Of a stretch of DNA of 52,483 nt, positions 9,717-20,130 are shown piece after piece; the first letter of the stretch is position 1; the number at the start of each line of letters is the position of its first letter. The stretch lies in contig JAYZQJ010000058.1 of the NCBI GenBank assembly GCA_036149055.1, positions 1-52,483 of the forward strand, read 5' to 3'. Source of the DNA: Myxococcota bacterium. Lineage in GTDB: Bacteria > Myxococcota_A > Polyangia > Polyangiales > Sandaracinaceae. Under the pieces are notes generated by a model that searched no databases, had not been told where the DNA came from, and worked only from the letters and a program-made list of their open reading frames with translations. A program made the position numbers and the translations under genes.

Positions 9717-9879
9717 GCAGCGCGCAGCGAAAATGACTGCGCGCGCCTCGCCGGCGGGACGCCGCGCCCAGCCCGTCAGTCGCTCCTCCGAAATGCTGAA
9801 GCATTTCGTCGTCGGCCCGCCGCGCTGGACGCGACGTCGCGCTCGCCGATGCATCACGCGCATCTTCGCTGCGCGCTGC
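9717..9879. mobile_element. MITE-like palindromic element (~163 bp), copy 1
   Basis: 19-bp terminal inverted repeats GCAGCGCGCAGCGAAAATG / CATCTTCGCTGCGCGCTGC (1 mismatch). Central palindrome CGAAATGCT-GA-AGCATTTCG. Near-identical copy at 52360. Confidence 0.8.
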
Positions 9880-9880
9880 G

Positions 9881-9913
9881 GCAGCGCGCAGCGAAAATGA
9901 CTGCGCGCGCTGC
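9881..9913. repeat. Internally deleted second copy of the MITE-like element
   Basis: Repeats the first 30 bp of copy 1 and ends in GCGCGCTGC like the right terminus. Confidence 0.7.
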
Positions 9914-10003
9914 TGGCAGCTGCTGGCACACGCGCGGCATCGTCCCTAGGCTGGCGCCCGAGCGGCGGGGGGTGGCCCTGCCTCATGGAGAGAGACACGA
10001 GAG

Positions 10004-11641
10004 ATGGCCGTTCTTCCCCACCTTCGAGGCGTCACCGACACCGCTCCGCTCGGGGGCGACGTGAGCTGGCGTCAGGCGCTCGACGCCGCCGTGAACGCCT
10101 TCATGAAGCCGAACGACCGGCTCCGGACCACCGGGGAGCCCATCCCGGTGACCGAGGAGTCGCCGACCGCGGTGGTGATCGGCGCGGGGCTCGGGGGGCT
10201 CGCGGCGGCCGTGAGGCTCGGCGCGCGCGGCTACCGGGTGACCGTCGTCGACCGCCTCGAGCAGCCCGGCGGTCGGGCGCGCGTGTTCCGGGACGACGGC
10301 TTCGTCTTCGACGCCGGCCCGACCGTGATCACCGCGCCGTTCATGCTCGAGGAGCTCTGGCGCCTCGCGGGCAAGCGGCTCGAGGACGACGTCGAGCTCC
10401 GCGAGGTGTCGCCCTTCTACCGGATCCGGTTCCACGACGGCTCGCAGTTCGACTACACGGGCTCGGCCGAGGTCATGCGCAGCGAGATCGAGCGCTTCGC
10501 GCCGAGCGACCTCGCCGGCTACGACGAGTTCCTGAAGCACAGCGAGCGCATCTTCGAGATCGGCTTCGAGAAGCTCGCCCACGTGCCCTTCGACAGCGCG
10601 GTCGACATGGCGCGCATCGTCCCGGCGATGATGCGGCTCGAGAACTATCGCACCGTGCACGGGCTCGTCGCGAAGTACGTGAAGGACGAGCGCCTGCGCC
10701 AGGTCTTCAGCTTCCACCCGCTGCTCGTCGGCGGGAACCCCTACAGCTGCAGCTCCATCTACACGCTCATCGCCTACCTCGAGCGCAAGTGGAAGGTGTG
10801 GTTCGCGATGGGCGGCACCGGCGAGATCGTCAAGGGCCTCGTCGGACTCGTCGAGCACCTCGGCGGAGAGGTGAAGCTCGGAAAAGACGTGGCGGAGATC
10901 GTCGTCGAGGACGGCAAGGCCGAGGGCCTCCGCTTCCAGGACGGCTCCTCGATGCAGGCCGACGTCGTCGTCTCGAACGCGGACGCGGCCTGGACCTACC
11001 GGCACCTCGTCGCGCCGCAGCACCGCAAGCTCTGGCCGGACTGGCGCCTCGAGCGCAGCCGCTACTCGATGAGCCTCTTCGTCTGGTACTTCGGCACCAA
11101 GCGCCGCTACGAGGACGTGGCCCACCACACCATCCTGCTCGGGCCGCGCTACGAGGAGCTGCTCGACGACATCTTCGCCAAGAAGCACCTCGCCGACGAC
11201 TTCAGCCTCTACCTGCACCGGCCGACCGCGACCGACCCGTCGATGGCACCGGACGGCTGCGACGCCTTCTACGTCCTGTCGCCCGTGCCGCACCTCGACA
11301 GCGGGACCGACTGGTCGACGATGACCGAGCCCTACCGGAAGAAGATCGAGCGCTACCTGAGCGACACGATCATGCCGGGCCTCGAGTCCGAGGTCGTCAC
11401 CAGCCGGACGCTCACCCCGCAGGGCTTCCTCGACGATTACCTCTCGTTCAAGGGGGCCGCCTTCTCGCTCGAGCCGGTGCTCCAGCAGAGCGCCTACTTC
11501 CGGCCGCACAACCGGAGCGAGGACGTCGACGGGCTCTACCTCGTCGGGGCCGGGACCCACCCCGGGGCCGGCATGCCCGGCGTGCTCTCGAGCGCCCGCG
11601 TGCTCGACACCGTGGTCCCGGACGTCGTCCGCCGCCGGTGA
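10004..11641 (+). CDS. crtI: Phytoene desaturase
   Basis: VIGAGLGGLAAA, FDAGPTVIT, SFHPLLVGGNP, SLYLHRP and LYLVGAGTHPGAGMPGVLSSA. Confidence 0.96.
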   Translation: MAVLPHLRGVTDTAPLGGDVSWRQALDAAVNAFMKPNDRLRTTGEPIPVTEESPTAVVIGAGLGGLAAAVRLGARGYRVTVVDRLEQPGGRARVFRDDGFVFDAGPTVITAPFMLEELWRLAGKRLEDDVELREVSPFYRIRFHDGSQFDYTGSAEVMRSEIERFAPSDLAGYDEFLKHSERIFEIGFEKLAHVPFDSAVDMARIVPAMMRLENYRTVHGLVAKYVKDERLRQVFSFHPLLVGGNPYSCSSIYTLIAYLERKWKVWFAMGGTGEIVKGLVGLVEHLGGEVKLGKDVAEIVVEDGKAEGLRFQDGSSMQADVVVSNADAAWTYRHLVAPQHRKLWPDWRLERSRYSMSLFVWYFGTKRRYEDVAHHTILLGPRYEELLDDIFAKKHLADDFSLYLHRPTATDPSMAPDGCDAFYVLSPVPHLDSGTDWSTMTEPYRKKIERYLSDTIMPGLESEVVTSRTLTPQGFLDDYLSFKGAAFSLEPVLQQSAYFRPHNRSEDVDGLYLVGAGTHPGAGMPGVLSSARVLDTVVPDVVRRR

Positions 11642-12612
11642 TCGCGACCCAGCCCATCCCGGGACGGCCCGCTTCGGTGTACCGTCCCGCCGCCATGCGC
11701 CCGCCGCGACAGGTGCTCGACGAATGCCGCGCCATCCTCGGGCGGGGCAGCAAGAGCTTCGCGGCGGCCTCCCGCCTGCTCCCGGCGCGGCTGCGCGACC
11801 CGGTCGCCTGCTACTACGCCTTCTGCCGGGTGAGCGACGACGCGGTGGACGAGTCCGACGACCCCCGGCGCGCGCTCGACGGTCTCCGGGCGCGGGTGGA
11901 CCGCGTCGTGGACGGGCGCCCGGACGACCACCCCGCCGACCTCGGCCTCGCCTGGGTGATGGACGCGTTCGGGGTGCCGCGCGCGCCGATCGACGCCCTC
12001 CTCGAGGGCTACCTCTGGGACGTCGAGGAGCGCCGCTACGCCGACCTCTCCGGGGTTCGCGCCTACTCGGCGCGGGTCGCGGCCAGCGTCGGGGTGGTGA
12101 TGACCCTCTTGATGGGGCGCCGGGAGGACTACGTGCTGCACCGAGCGGCGGACCTCGGCGTGGCCATGCAGCTGACGAACATCGCGCGGGACGTGGGCGA
12201 GGACGCGCGGGCCGGCCGGCTCTACCTGCCGACCGAGTGGCTCGAGCGGGAGGGCGTGGACGTCGAGGCCTGGCTCGCCGCGCCGCGCTACGAGGACGGC
12301 GTCGGCGTCGCCGTCTGTCGCCTCCTGGACCACGCCGCGCACCTCTACCGCCGCGCCGACCTCGGGGTGCCGGAGCTCCCCGCGGACTGCCGGGTCGCCA
12401 TCGCCGGCGCCCGCCACATCTACAGCGACATCGGCCGCGTCATCCGCGGGCGCGGGCACGACAGCGTGACCGGGCGGGCCTTCACCTCCGGCCCCCGCAA
12501 GGTCATGCTCCTGGCCCGCGCCGCCTCCGAGCGCTGGCGTGACCCCGATCCTTTCGCGGTGCATCCTCCGCCGCTCCCCGAAATCACGTTTCTCGTCGAG
12601 GGCGTCTCTTGA
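11638..12612 (+). CDS. crtB: Phytoene synthase
   Basis: GSKSF, YAFCRVSDDAVD, RVAASVG and LGVAMQLTNIARDVGEDARAGRLYLP. GTG 11638 overlaps the crtI stop. Confidence 0.96.
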   Translation: MIATQPIPGRPASVYRPAAMRPPRQVLDECRAILGRGSKSFAAASRLLPARLRDPVACYYAFCRVSDDAVDESDDPRRALDGLRARVDRVVDGRPDDHPADLGLAWVMDAFGVPRAPIDALLEGYLWDVEERRYADLSGVRAYSARVAASVGVVMTLLMGRREDYVLHRAADLGVAMQLTNIARDVGEDARAGRLYLPTEWLEREGVDVEAWLAAPRYEDGVGVAVCRLLDHAAHLYRRADLGVPELPADCRVAIAGARHIYSDIGRVIRGRGHDSVTGRAFTSGPRKVMLLARAASERWRDPDPFAVHPPPLPEITFLVEGVS

Positions 12613-13337
12613 GTCAGTTACACGAACAACCCCTTGAGCGGCGCAAGCAGACCGTGCCGCGTGAGTTCGACGTCGTCGCCACGACGTACGACCTCCTCAC
12701 CGGGATGAACCCGGGCTACCACCGCAACCTCCGTCAGAGCGCCGAGCGGCTCTCCGTCCGGGGCGAGCGGCCGCGGCTCCTCGACCTCTGCTGCGGCACC
12801 GGCGCGAGCACCTCGGCGCTCCGCGCGACCTACCCGGACGCGGAGATCGTGGGCCTCGACGCCTCGGCTGGCATGCTCGCCCAGGCCCGCCGCAAGAAGG
12901 GCCTCGAGGGCGTGCGTTTCTTCGAGGGCGACGCGACCGATCCCGCGGCTTGCGGGGTCGAGGGGACCTTCGACGGCGTCCTGATGGCCTACGGCATCCG
13001 CAACCTCCCGGAGCCCGACCGCGGTCTCGAGAACGTGCGCGCGTTGCTCCGCCCGGGCGCGCGCGTGGTCTTCCACGAGTACTCGGTGCGCGACTCGCGG
13101 CGGGCGCGGCTGAAGTGGGACGCGGTCTGCTACGGCGTGATCCTGCCGGGCGGGATGATCACCGCGCGGGACAGCGACATCTACCGCTACCTCCACCGCA
13201 GCGTGCGGGACTTCGACGGGGTGCGGGCCTTCGAGGAGCGCCTGCGGCGCGCAGGCTACGTGGACGTGTGGACGGCGCCGATGGACGGCTGGCAGCGCGG
13301 GATCCTGCACTCGTTCGTCGGGCGGACGGCGTCGTGA
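12609..13337 (+). CDS. crtT: Class I SAM-dependent methyltransferase, Streptomyces CrtT-like
   Basis: YDLLTGMNPGY, LLDLCCGTGAST, FHEYSV, IYRYLHRSV and GWQRGILHSF. Sits between crtB and crtU; TTG start overlaps the crtB stop. Confidence 0.8.
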   Translation: MSQLHEQPLERRKQTVPREFDVVATTYDLLTGMNPGYHRNLRQSAERLSVRGERPRLLDLCCGTGASTSALRATYPDAEIVGLDASAGMLAQARRKKGLEGVRFFEGDATDPAACGVEGTFDGVLMAYGIRNLPEPDRGLENVRALLRPGARVVFHEYSVRDSRRARLKWDAVCYGVILPGGMITARDSDIYRYLHRSVRDFDGVRAFEERLRRAGYVDVWTAPMDGWQRGILHSFVGRTAS

Positions 13338-14851
13338 GCCTGCTCGAGAACCTGGGCTTCGGGCGGCGCGAGGTCCGCGGCGTCACCCGCGGCACCCGTG
13401 ATCGGGTCGAGGATCCGACGCGGGTGGTCGTGGTCGGCGGGGGCCTCGCCGGCGTCGCCGCGGCTTGCGTCCTCGCAGAGCGAGGCGTGAAAGTCACCCT
13501 GCTCGAGAAGGAGCGCTTCCTCGGCGGCCGCGTGGGCGCGTGGACCGAGAAGCTCCCCGACGGCACGCCGTACGAGATGGAGCGCGGCTTCCACGGCTTC
13601 TTCCGGCAGTACTACAACCTGCGAAACCTCTTGCGTCGCGTGGACCCGGACCTGTCGCGCCTGCGGCCGCTCGACGACTACCCGGTGCTCGGGCCGGACG
13701 GCTCGATGGAGTCGTTCGAGGGGCTGCCCAAGACCCCGCCCCTGAACCTCATGGCGCTGCTCCGGCGCACCCAGTTCGTGCGGCTCAAGGACCTGCGGGG
13801 GGTCGATCAGTCGAAGGCGCGGCTGATGCTGATGTTCGACCCGGCGCGCACCTACGCGGAGCACGACGAGACGACCGCGCGCGACTACCTCGACTCGCTC
13901 AAGTTCCCCGAGCGCGGCCGGCAGATGCTCTTCGACGTCTTCTCGCACTCGTTCTTCAACCCCGAGGCGGGGATGAGCGCGGCCGAGATGTTGATGATGT
14001 TCCACTTCTACTTCCTCGGGAACCCGGAGGGCCTCGTCTTCGACGTGCTCGACGAGCCGTTCAGCGACGCGCTCTGGAAGCCCTTCGAGCGCTACCTCTC
14101 GGGGCTCGACGTGGACGTGCGGCTCGGCGCCGAGGTGGAGTCGGTGGAGCAGACCGGCACCGCGTCCTGGCGGGTGCACGCGGACGGCGAGCACTTCGAC
14201 GGCGAGGGCCTCGTGCTCGCGGTCACGGTGCCGGCGCTCAAGTCGATCCTCGCCGCCTCGCCCTCGCTGCAGGTGGCCGAGGGGCTCGCGCAGTCGGTCG
14301 ACGGGCTCGACGTGACGCTCCCCTTCGCGGTGTGGCGCCTCTTCCTCGATCGCCCGGCGAACGAGGAGCGCCACCCCTTCGCCGGCACCGCGGGCATCGG
14401 CCTCATCGACAACATCTCGCTGTACGAGCGCTTCGAGGGCGAGAGCCGTCGCTGGTCGATGCGCACCGGCGGCTCGGTGGTCGAGCTCCACGCCTACGCC
14501 TGCCCGACGTCGGACGAGCGCGCGATCAAGGAGGAGCTGCTCGACGGGCTCCATCAGGTCTACCCCGAGCTCGCCGACGCCGACATCCTGCACGACACCT
14601 GGCTCCTGCGTCAGGACTGTCCGTCCTTCGGCCCCGGCAGCCACGGCGACCGGCCCCGGGTGGCCACGCCCTTCGGCAACGTCGTGCTCGCGGGCGACTT
14701 CGTGAAGATGCCGTTCCCGACCGCGCTGATGGAGCGCGCGGCCTCGAGCGGCATGCTGGCGGCCAACCACCTGCTCGACCGCTGGGACGTGCGGGGCGAG
14801 AGCCTCTTCAGCATCCCGCCCCGCGGCTTCATGTCTCGTCTCCCGCTGTAG
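13334..14851 (+). CDS. crtU: Carotenoid phi-ring synthase / isorenieratene synthase, actinobacterial type
   Basis: GGGLAGVAAA, RGFHGFFRQYYNLR, SAAEMLMMFHFYFLG-PEGLVFD, GGSVVELHAY and ALMERAA. GTG 13334 overlaps the crtT stop. Confidence 0.88.
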   Translation: MSLLENLGFGRREVRGVTRGTRDRVEDPTRVVVVGGGLAGVAAACVLAERGVKVTLLEKERFLGGRVGAWTEKLPDGTPYEMERGFHGFFRQYYNLRNLLRRVDPDLSRLRPLDDYPVLGPDGSMESFEGLPKTPPLNLMALLRRTQFVRLKDLRGVDQSKARLMLMFDPARTYAEHDETTARDYLDSLKFPERGRQMLFDVFSHSFFNPEAGMSAAEMLMMFHFYFLGNPEGLVFDVLDEPFSDALWKPFERYLSGLDVDVRLGAEVESVEQTGTASWRVHADGEHFDGEGLVLAVTVPALKSILAASPSLQVAEGLAQSVDGLDVTLPFAVWRLFLDRPANEERHPFAGTAGIGLIDNISLYERFEGESRRWSMRTGGSVVELHAYACPTSDERAIKEELLDGLHQVYPELADADILHDTWLLRQDCPSFGPGSHGDRPRVATPFGNVVLAGDFVKMPFPTALMERAASSGMLAANHLLDRWDVRGESLFSIPPRGFMSRLPL

Positions 14852-14920
14852 CCAGACGCCGAAGGCGGCCGGCGACAGCGGCCCGTGCCCGTGACGGCAG
14901 CGGCTCGGTGATCGACGAGC

Positions 14921-16084
14921 TCATCGCCCGGCGGGCTCGGGCTCGTAGGGCATCACCACGTTGTCGCGGATGTCCCAGGCGGCCGGCGGCGCGCCGCAGT
15001 AGAAGCAGCTCCACACGTCGGTCATCACCAGGTTGTTCCGGGCGTGCAGCGCGCCGATGGCGCCGTCCGGGTTGAAGAGGTCGGGCGCGACGTGGTGGAA
15101 GACGTTGTCGTCGAACCAGATGCGGTCGAGGGTGTCGCCGGCCATGCGGCCGAGCATCACGCCGGTCCCGACGAGCACGTTGTCGCGGGCGTAGGCCAGG
15201 TCGCTCAGGCCGTGGATCCGGTAGTTGTGCTTGTTGGTGTTCGCGATCCGGTTCTCGACGGTCGCGGTCCGGAGCACCGACACGAGGCGCACCGTGGACT
15301 CGGGCCCGGCCGAGTCGAAGTCGTTGCGGAAGAGGATGAGGTCCTCCGTCTGCATCGGGCCGGTGTCGCCGCACCACACCGAGTAGCGCTCCGCGATGGC
15401 CGTGCTGTCCATGATGGCGATGCGGCGCCCGCGGACGTCGAAGGCGATGTCGCCCGAGACCACGCGCAGACCCTCGAGGGAGATGTCCTCGGCCATCCAG
15501 TCGCTCCGGTAGGAGGGACCGCCGCCGTCCCACGACGCGGGGATGGGGAAGCGCACGCCGCTCCACTGGCCGCCGACCACGCGCACGCGGTGCACGCCGT
15601 GGGCGAAGCTGAGCTGGCCGAGCCGGCTGCTCGAGTCGAGCACGATCTCGACGTCGTTGGCGGTCACGGTCACGCTCGTGCCGCTCACGCCGTTCGCGAT
15701 CACGCGGGTGCCGGCCACGCCGACCTCACGCGTCAGGGAGGCGCCGTCGGTGACGGTCACCTCGCGGGTGATCGAAGGCGCCGTGGGCCAGCGCAGGCCG
15801 GACAGCTCGGCGGGGAGCGGTCCCAGGTCGCGGGGGCCCATCACCGGGGGCTCCTCGGTCGGGGGTTCTTCGACGGGGGGCGGGGGCTCCCCTTCGCCGA
15901 CCGGCTGGGCGACCGGCTGCCAGCCGCTCGCGCCGTCCGCCAGCGCGAGATCCTCGAGCTCTCCGTCCATCGTCGGGCCCGGGTCGAGGGTCCCCGGCTC
16001 CGATACGACCTGACCCACACAGCCGGTCAGCGCACACACGTATCCACACAGGAGCGCGAGGCTCCACACACACACCTTAGACAT
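14921..16084 (-). CDS. Hypothetical lipoprotein, possible parallel beta-helix domain
   Basis: Lipobox-like ALTGC, a Pro/Glu linker, then repeated short beta strands ending in N (FRNDF, VENRI, RDNVL, DDNVF, RNNLV, RDNVV). Confidence 0.6.
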   Translation of the reverse strand: MSKVCVWSLALLCGYVCALTGCVGQVVSEPGTLDPGPTMDGELEDLALADGASGWQPVAQPVGEGEPPPPVEEPPTEEPPVMGPRDLGPLPAELSGLRWPTAPSITREVTVTDGASLTREVGVAGTRVIANGVSGTSVTVTANDVEIVLDSSSRLGQLSFAHGVHRVRVVGGQWSGVRFPIPASWDGGGPSYRSDWMAEDISLEGLRVVSGDIAFDVRGRRIAIMDSTAIAERYSVWCGDTGPMQTEDLILFRNDFDSAGPESTVRLVSVLRTATVENRIANTNKHNYRIHGLSDLAYARDNVLVGTGVMLGRMAGDTLDRIWFDDNVFHHVAPDLFNPDGAIGALHARNNLVMTDVWSCFYCGAPPAAWDIRDNVVMPYEPEPAGR

Positions 16085-16251
16085 GGTCACCGTCACCGAA
16101 GGGTGTCGACTCGTTTTGACGCCGACGCGCCCCCCAGCGCTCGCGGCCCTTCGTCCTTTCCGGGCCTAAGAATGTCGCTGCGCAGAGTTCGTACAATGGG
16201 GGACAACCCCGACACTCGGCGGGGTTTCCCAGTGCCCGGACGTGTACGATT

Positions 16252-17247
16252 TCACTGGGTTACGACACGCAGGCGCTGCGGCGTGCGCTCGCCTTCGGAC
16301 CGGCGTCGGAGCGCGTAGGTGCGCTCCGCGTATGCCTTGTCCTCGACCCACAGCCGGGCGGCGCGGGCCTCGATCATCGGTCGCGCGAGACCGCTCAGCT
16401 TGCGAACGAACGGGAACAGCATCCGATCGCTCGTCGCGAGCGTCGCCTCGATCACCGCGCTGCGCCCCTCGTCGATCGGGGTCGCGTGCGTCTCCACCAC
16501 CGAGCCGACTCCGTCGCCGCGCAGGATGGTCATCACGATGGTGCGCGGGTCCGGGCAGTCGAAGCGCGCGTCGACCTCCATCGCGAGCGGGCCGAGCACC
16601 TTGTAGACGACGCGCACGGTGAGCTGCGTGACGTCCTCGTCGATCACGTGGAGGCGCAAGAAGGAGTGCGGGTGATAGTGCGCGCCGTGCCACGGATCGA
16701 GGCGGTTGGCGATGATGTCGCGGGGCTCGCACCGCGCCTCCATGCGGATCACGCCGCTCATGAACGAGCGCGGTCGCGCGGTCAGGATGGGCGCGTCGGT
16801 CGGCGCCTCGCCGGGCGCGAGCAGCTCGGGCATTCGCACCCAGGCGAGCACCCCGTCGTCGTGGGTCGTCAGCGGGGCCCAGTCGCCGCGCGCGCGGTCC
16901 CCGAGGGCGAGCCCGTGCCAGGGGCAGACCACGCGGCCGTCCCGGTCGACGTGCCCGTCGCAGAGCGAGGCGCCCATGTGCGGGCACGCCTCGGGCGCCA
17001 CCCGCAGGGCTCCGTCCGGCGTGCGCCAGGCCACCAGCGCGCGGCCGGCGACGGTGAAGCCGCGCGGGGCGTCGATCCGGTCGCTCGCGTCCAGCACCGC
17101 CCAGCCGCCGGAGGGCAGCGAGCGGGCGTGGGCGAGGCTCCGCTCGATCCGCGCCGGGTTGGCCTGCACCCAGTCGGGGCGGTCCGACACCGGATCGGCG
17201 TCGAGCTCCGAAGCGGGCGAGCGACCGAAGAGGACGAAGCGAGCCAT
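16252..17247 (-). CDS. crtV: Rieske-domain / DUF5914 protein, Streptomyces CrtV-like
   Basis: Rieske ligands CPH and CPWH; CEPRDIIANRLDPWHG, GVGSVVETHATP and LWVEDKAYAER. Lies near crtU. Confidence 0.8.
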   Translation of the reverse strand: MARFVLFGRSPASELDADPVSDRPDWVQANPARIERSLAHARSLPSGGWAVLDASDRIDAPRGFTVAGRALVAWRTPDGALRVAPEACPHMGASLCDGHVDRDGRVVCPWHGLALGDRARGDWAPLTTHDDGVLAWVRMPELLAPGEAPTDAPILTARPRSFMSGVIRMEARCEPRDIIANRLDPWHGAHYHPHSFLRLHVIDEDVTQLTVRVVYKVLGPLAMEVDARFDCPDPRTIVMTILRGDGVGSVVETHATPIDEGRSAVIEATLATSDRMLFPFVRKLSGLARPMIEARAARLWVEDKAYAERTYALRRRSEGERTPQRLRVVTQ

Positions 17248-17341
17248 GCGATCTCCTACCATTGCTGAGACGAGGCAGATAGCCCCGCCGCCGTTACCGA
17301 CACCCTGGTGTCATTCCGGCCCGAGGGCATACGCTCGTCGC

Positions 17342-17710
17342 ATGGACGACCCGCTCCTGGTCCGCGTGCGCGCCCTGATCGAGGCGCTCCCCGAGACGTC
17401 CGAGAAGCTCTCCCACGGCGCCCCGATGTTCTGGGGCGGCCGGAAGACCTTCGCGTGCTTCCACGCCGGCCAGTACGACGAGGGCCGACGAGGGGTCTGG
17501 ATCAAGGCCGACGACGGCGTCCAGGGCGAGCTCATCGAGAGCGACCCGGAGCGCTTCTACCGCCCGAAGTACATGGGCCCGAGCGGCTGGGTGGGGGTCA
17601 GGCTCGAGGGCGACGTCGACTGGGAGCAGGTCCGGGTGCTGCTCGAAGACGGCTGGCGCCTCGTCGTGACCAAGCGCGCCCTCCGCGCGCTCGAAGAGGC
17701 CCGGCGCTAG
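17342..17710 (+). CDS. MmcQ/YjbR-family DNA-binding protein
   Basis: LPETSEKLSHGAP, PERFYRPKYMGPSGWVG and DWEQVRVLLEDGWR. Confidence 0.85.
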   Translation: MDDPLLVRVRALIEALPETSEKLSHGAPMFWGGRKTFACFHAGQYDEGRRGVWIKADDGVQGELIESDPERFYRPKYMGPSGWVGVRLEGDVDWEQVRVLLEDGWRLVVTKRALRALEEARR

Positions 17711-17784
17711 AGAGGCCAGCGACGATCCACCCCGCGCCGCAGCCACAGGGCTCGGCTTCGGATCCGGGCTCGGTTTCGGTCTTC

Positions 17785-17817
17785 GGGCACGGGCAGGGGC
17801 ACGGGCAGGGGCACGGG
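17785..17817. repeat. Intergenic hexamer run (GGGCAC/GGGCAG)x5
   Basis: GGGCAC GGGCAG GGGCAC GGGCAG GGGCAC GGG, read directly. Confidence 0.7.
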
Positions 17818-17867
17818 GGCGCGAGAGGCGCTTCGCGACTCTCTCGCGCCTGCTATGATGGCCGCCC

Positions 17868-19511
<1,644 letters not shown>

Positions 19512-19514
19512 AGG

Positions 19515-20126
19515 TCAGCCGTAGAGCGCGCGGATCTCGTCCTTGCGGACGACGACGATGCCCCACGCGTAGTAGGCGATCTTGATGATCAGGAAGCCGA
19601 TCGCCATGCACATGCTGGCGCTCGCGCTCGCCTCGCCGAAGGCGCCCATCGTCTCGGCGAAGCCCGCCGGGCCGTTCTCGCCCGAGGCGGCGAGGAACTC
19701 GCGCAGGATCGGCTTCATCTCGAGCTGAGCGAGGAGGCCGAGGACCGCGCCGAGCGTGTCGACGAGGATGCCCACCCCGGCCGCGCCGAGGAAGAGCGTG
19801 AGACCGAGCTTCTTCCAGCGCAGCAGCAGGATGCCCGCGATGCCGAGCGCGAGGCTGGCGAAGAGGTTCAGCACCTGATGGGTCAGGGTGAACGGCATCC
19901 AGCTGTCGGCGACCTCCTGGAGCCGCTCCTGCAGCTCGAGCTGCCGCTGGAGCTGCTCCGCGCCCGGGCCCTGCATCGACTCCATGTTGGCGCGGTTGAA
20001 GTCGTTCACCAGGCCCTGGGTGGCCGTGGACAGGAAGGTGAAGGAGCTCACGCAGCTGCCGAGCACGCCGATGACGATGGCGATGATGGCGATGGCGGTC
20101 AGCTGACCGGGGCGGTTCTTGGCCAT
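19515..20126 (-). CDS. Hypothetical 4-TM membrane protein
   Basis: ATG 20126 (MAKNRPGQLTAIAII), four hydrophobic segments, typical codon bias. Confidence 0.7.
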   Translation of the reverse strand: MAKNRPGQLTAIAIIAIVIGVLGSCVSSFTFLSTATQGLVNDFNRANMESMQGPGAEQLQRQLELQERLQEVADSWMPFTLTHQVLNLFASLALGIAGILLLRWKKLGLTLFLGAAGVGILVDTLGAVLGLLAQLEMKPILREFLAASGENGPAGFAETMGAFGEASASASMCMAIGFLIIKIAYYAWGIVVVRKDEIRALYG

Positions 20127-20130
20127 GCGG

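Noticed and set aside
12609..13337. Second menG/ubiE
   Set aside because: The NPGY, HEYS and GWQ-GI motifs and the position between crtB and crtU fit CrtT. A canonical MenG is at 28946-29662.
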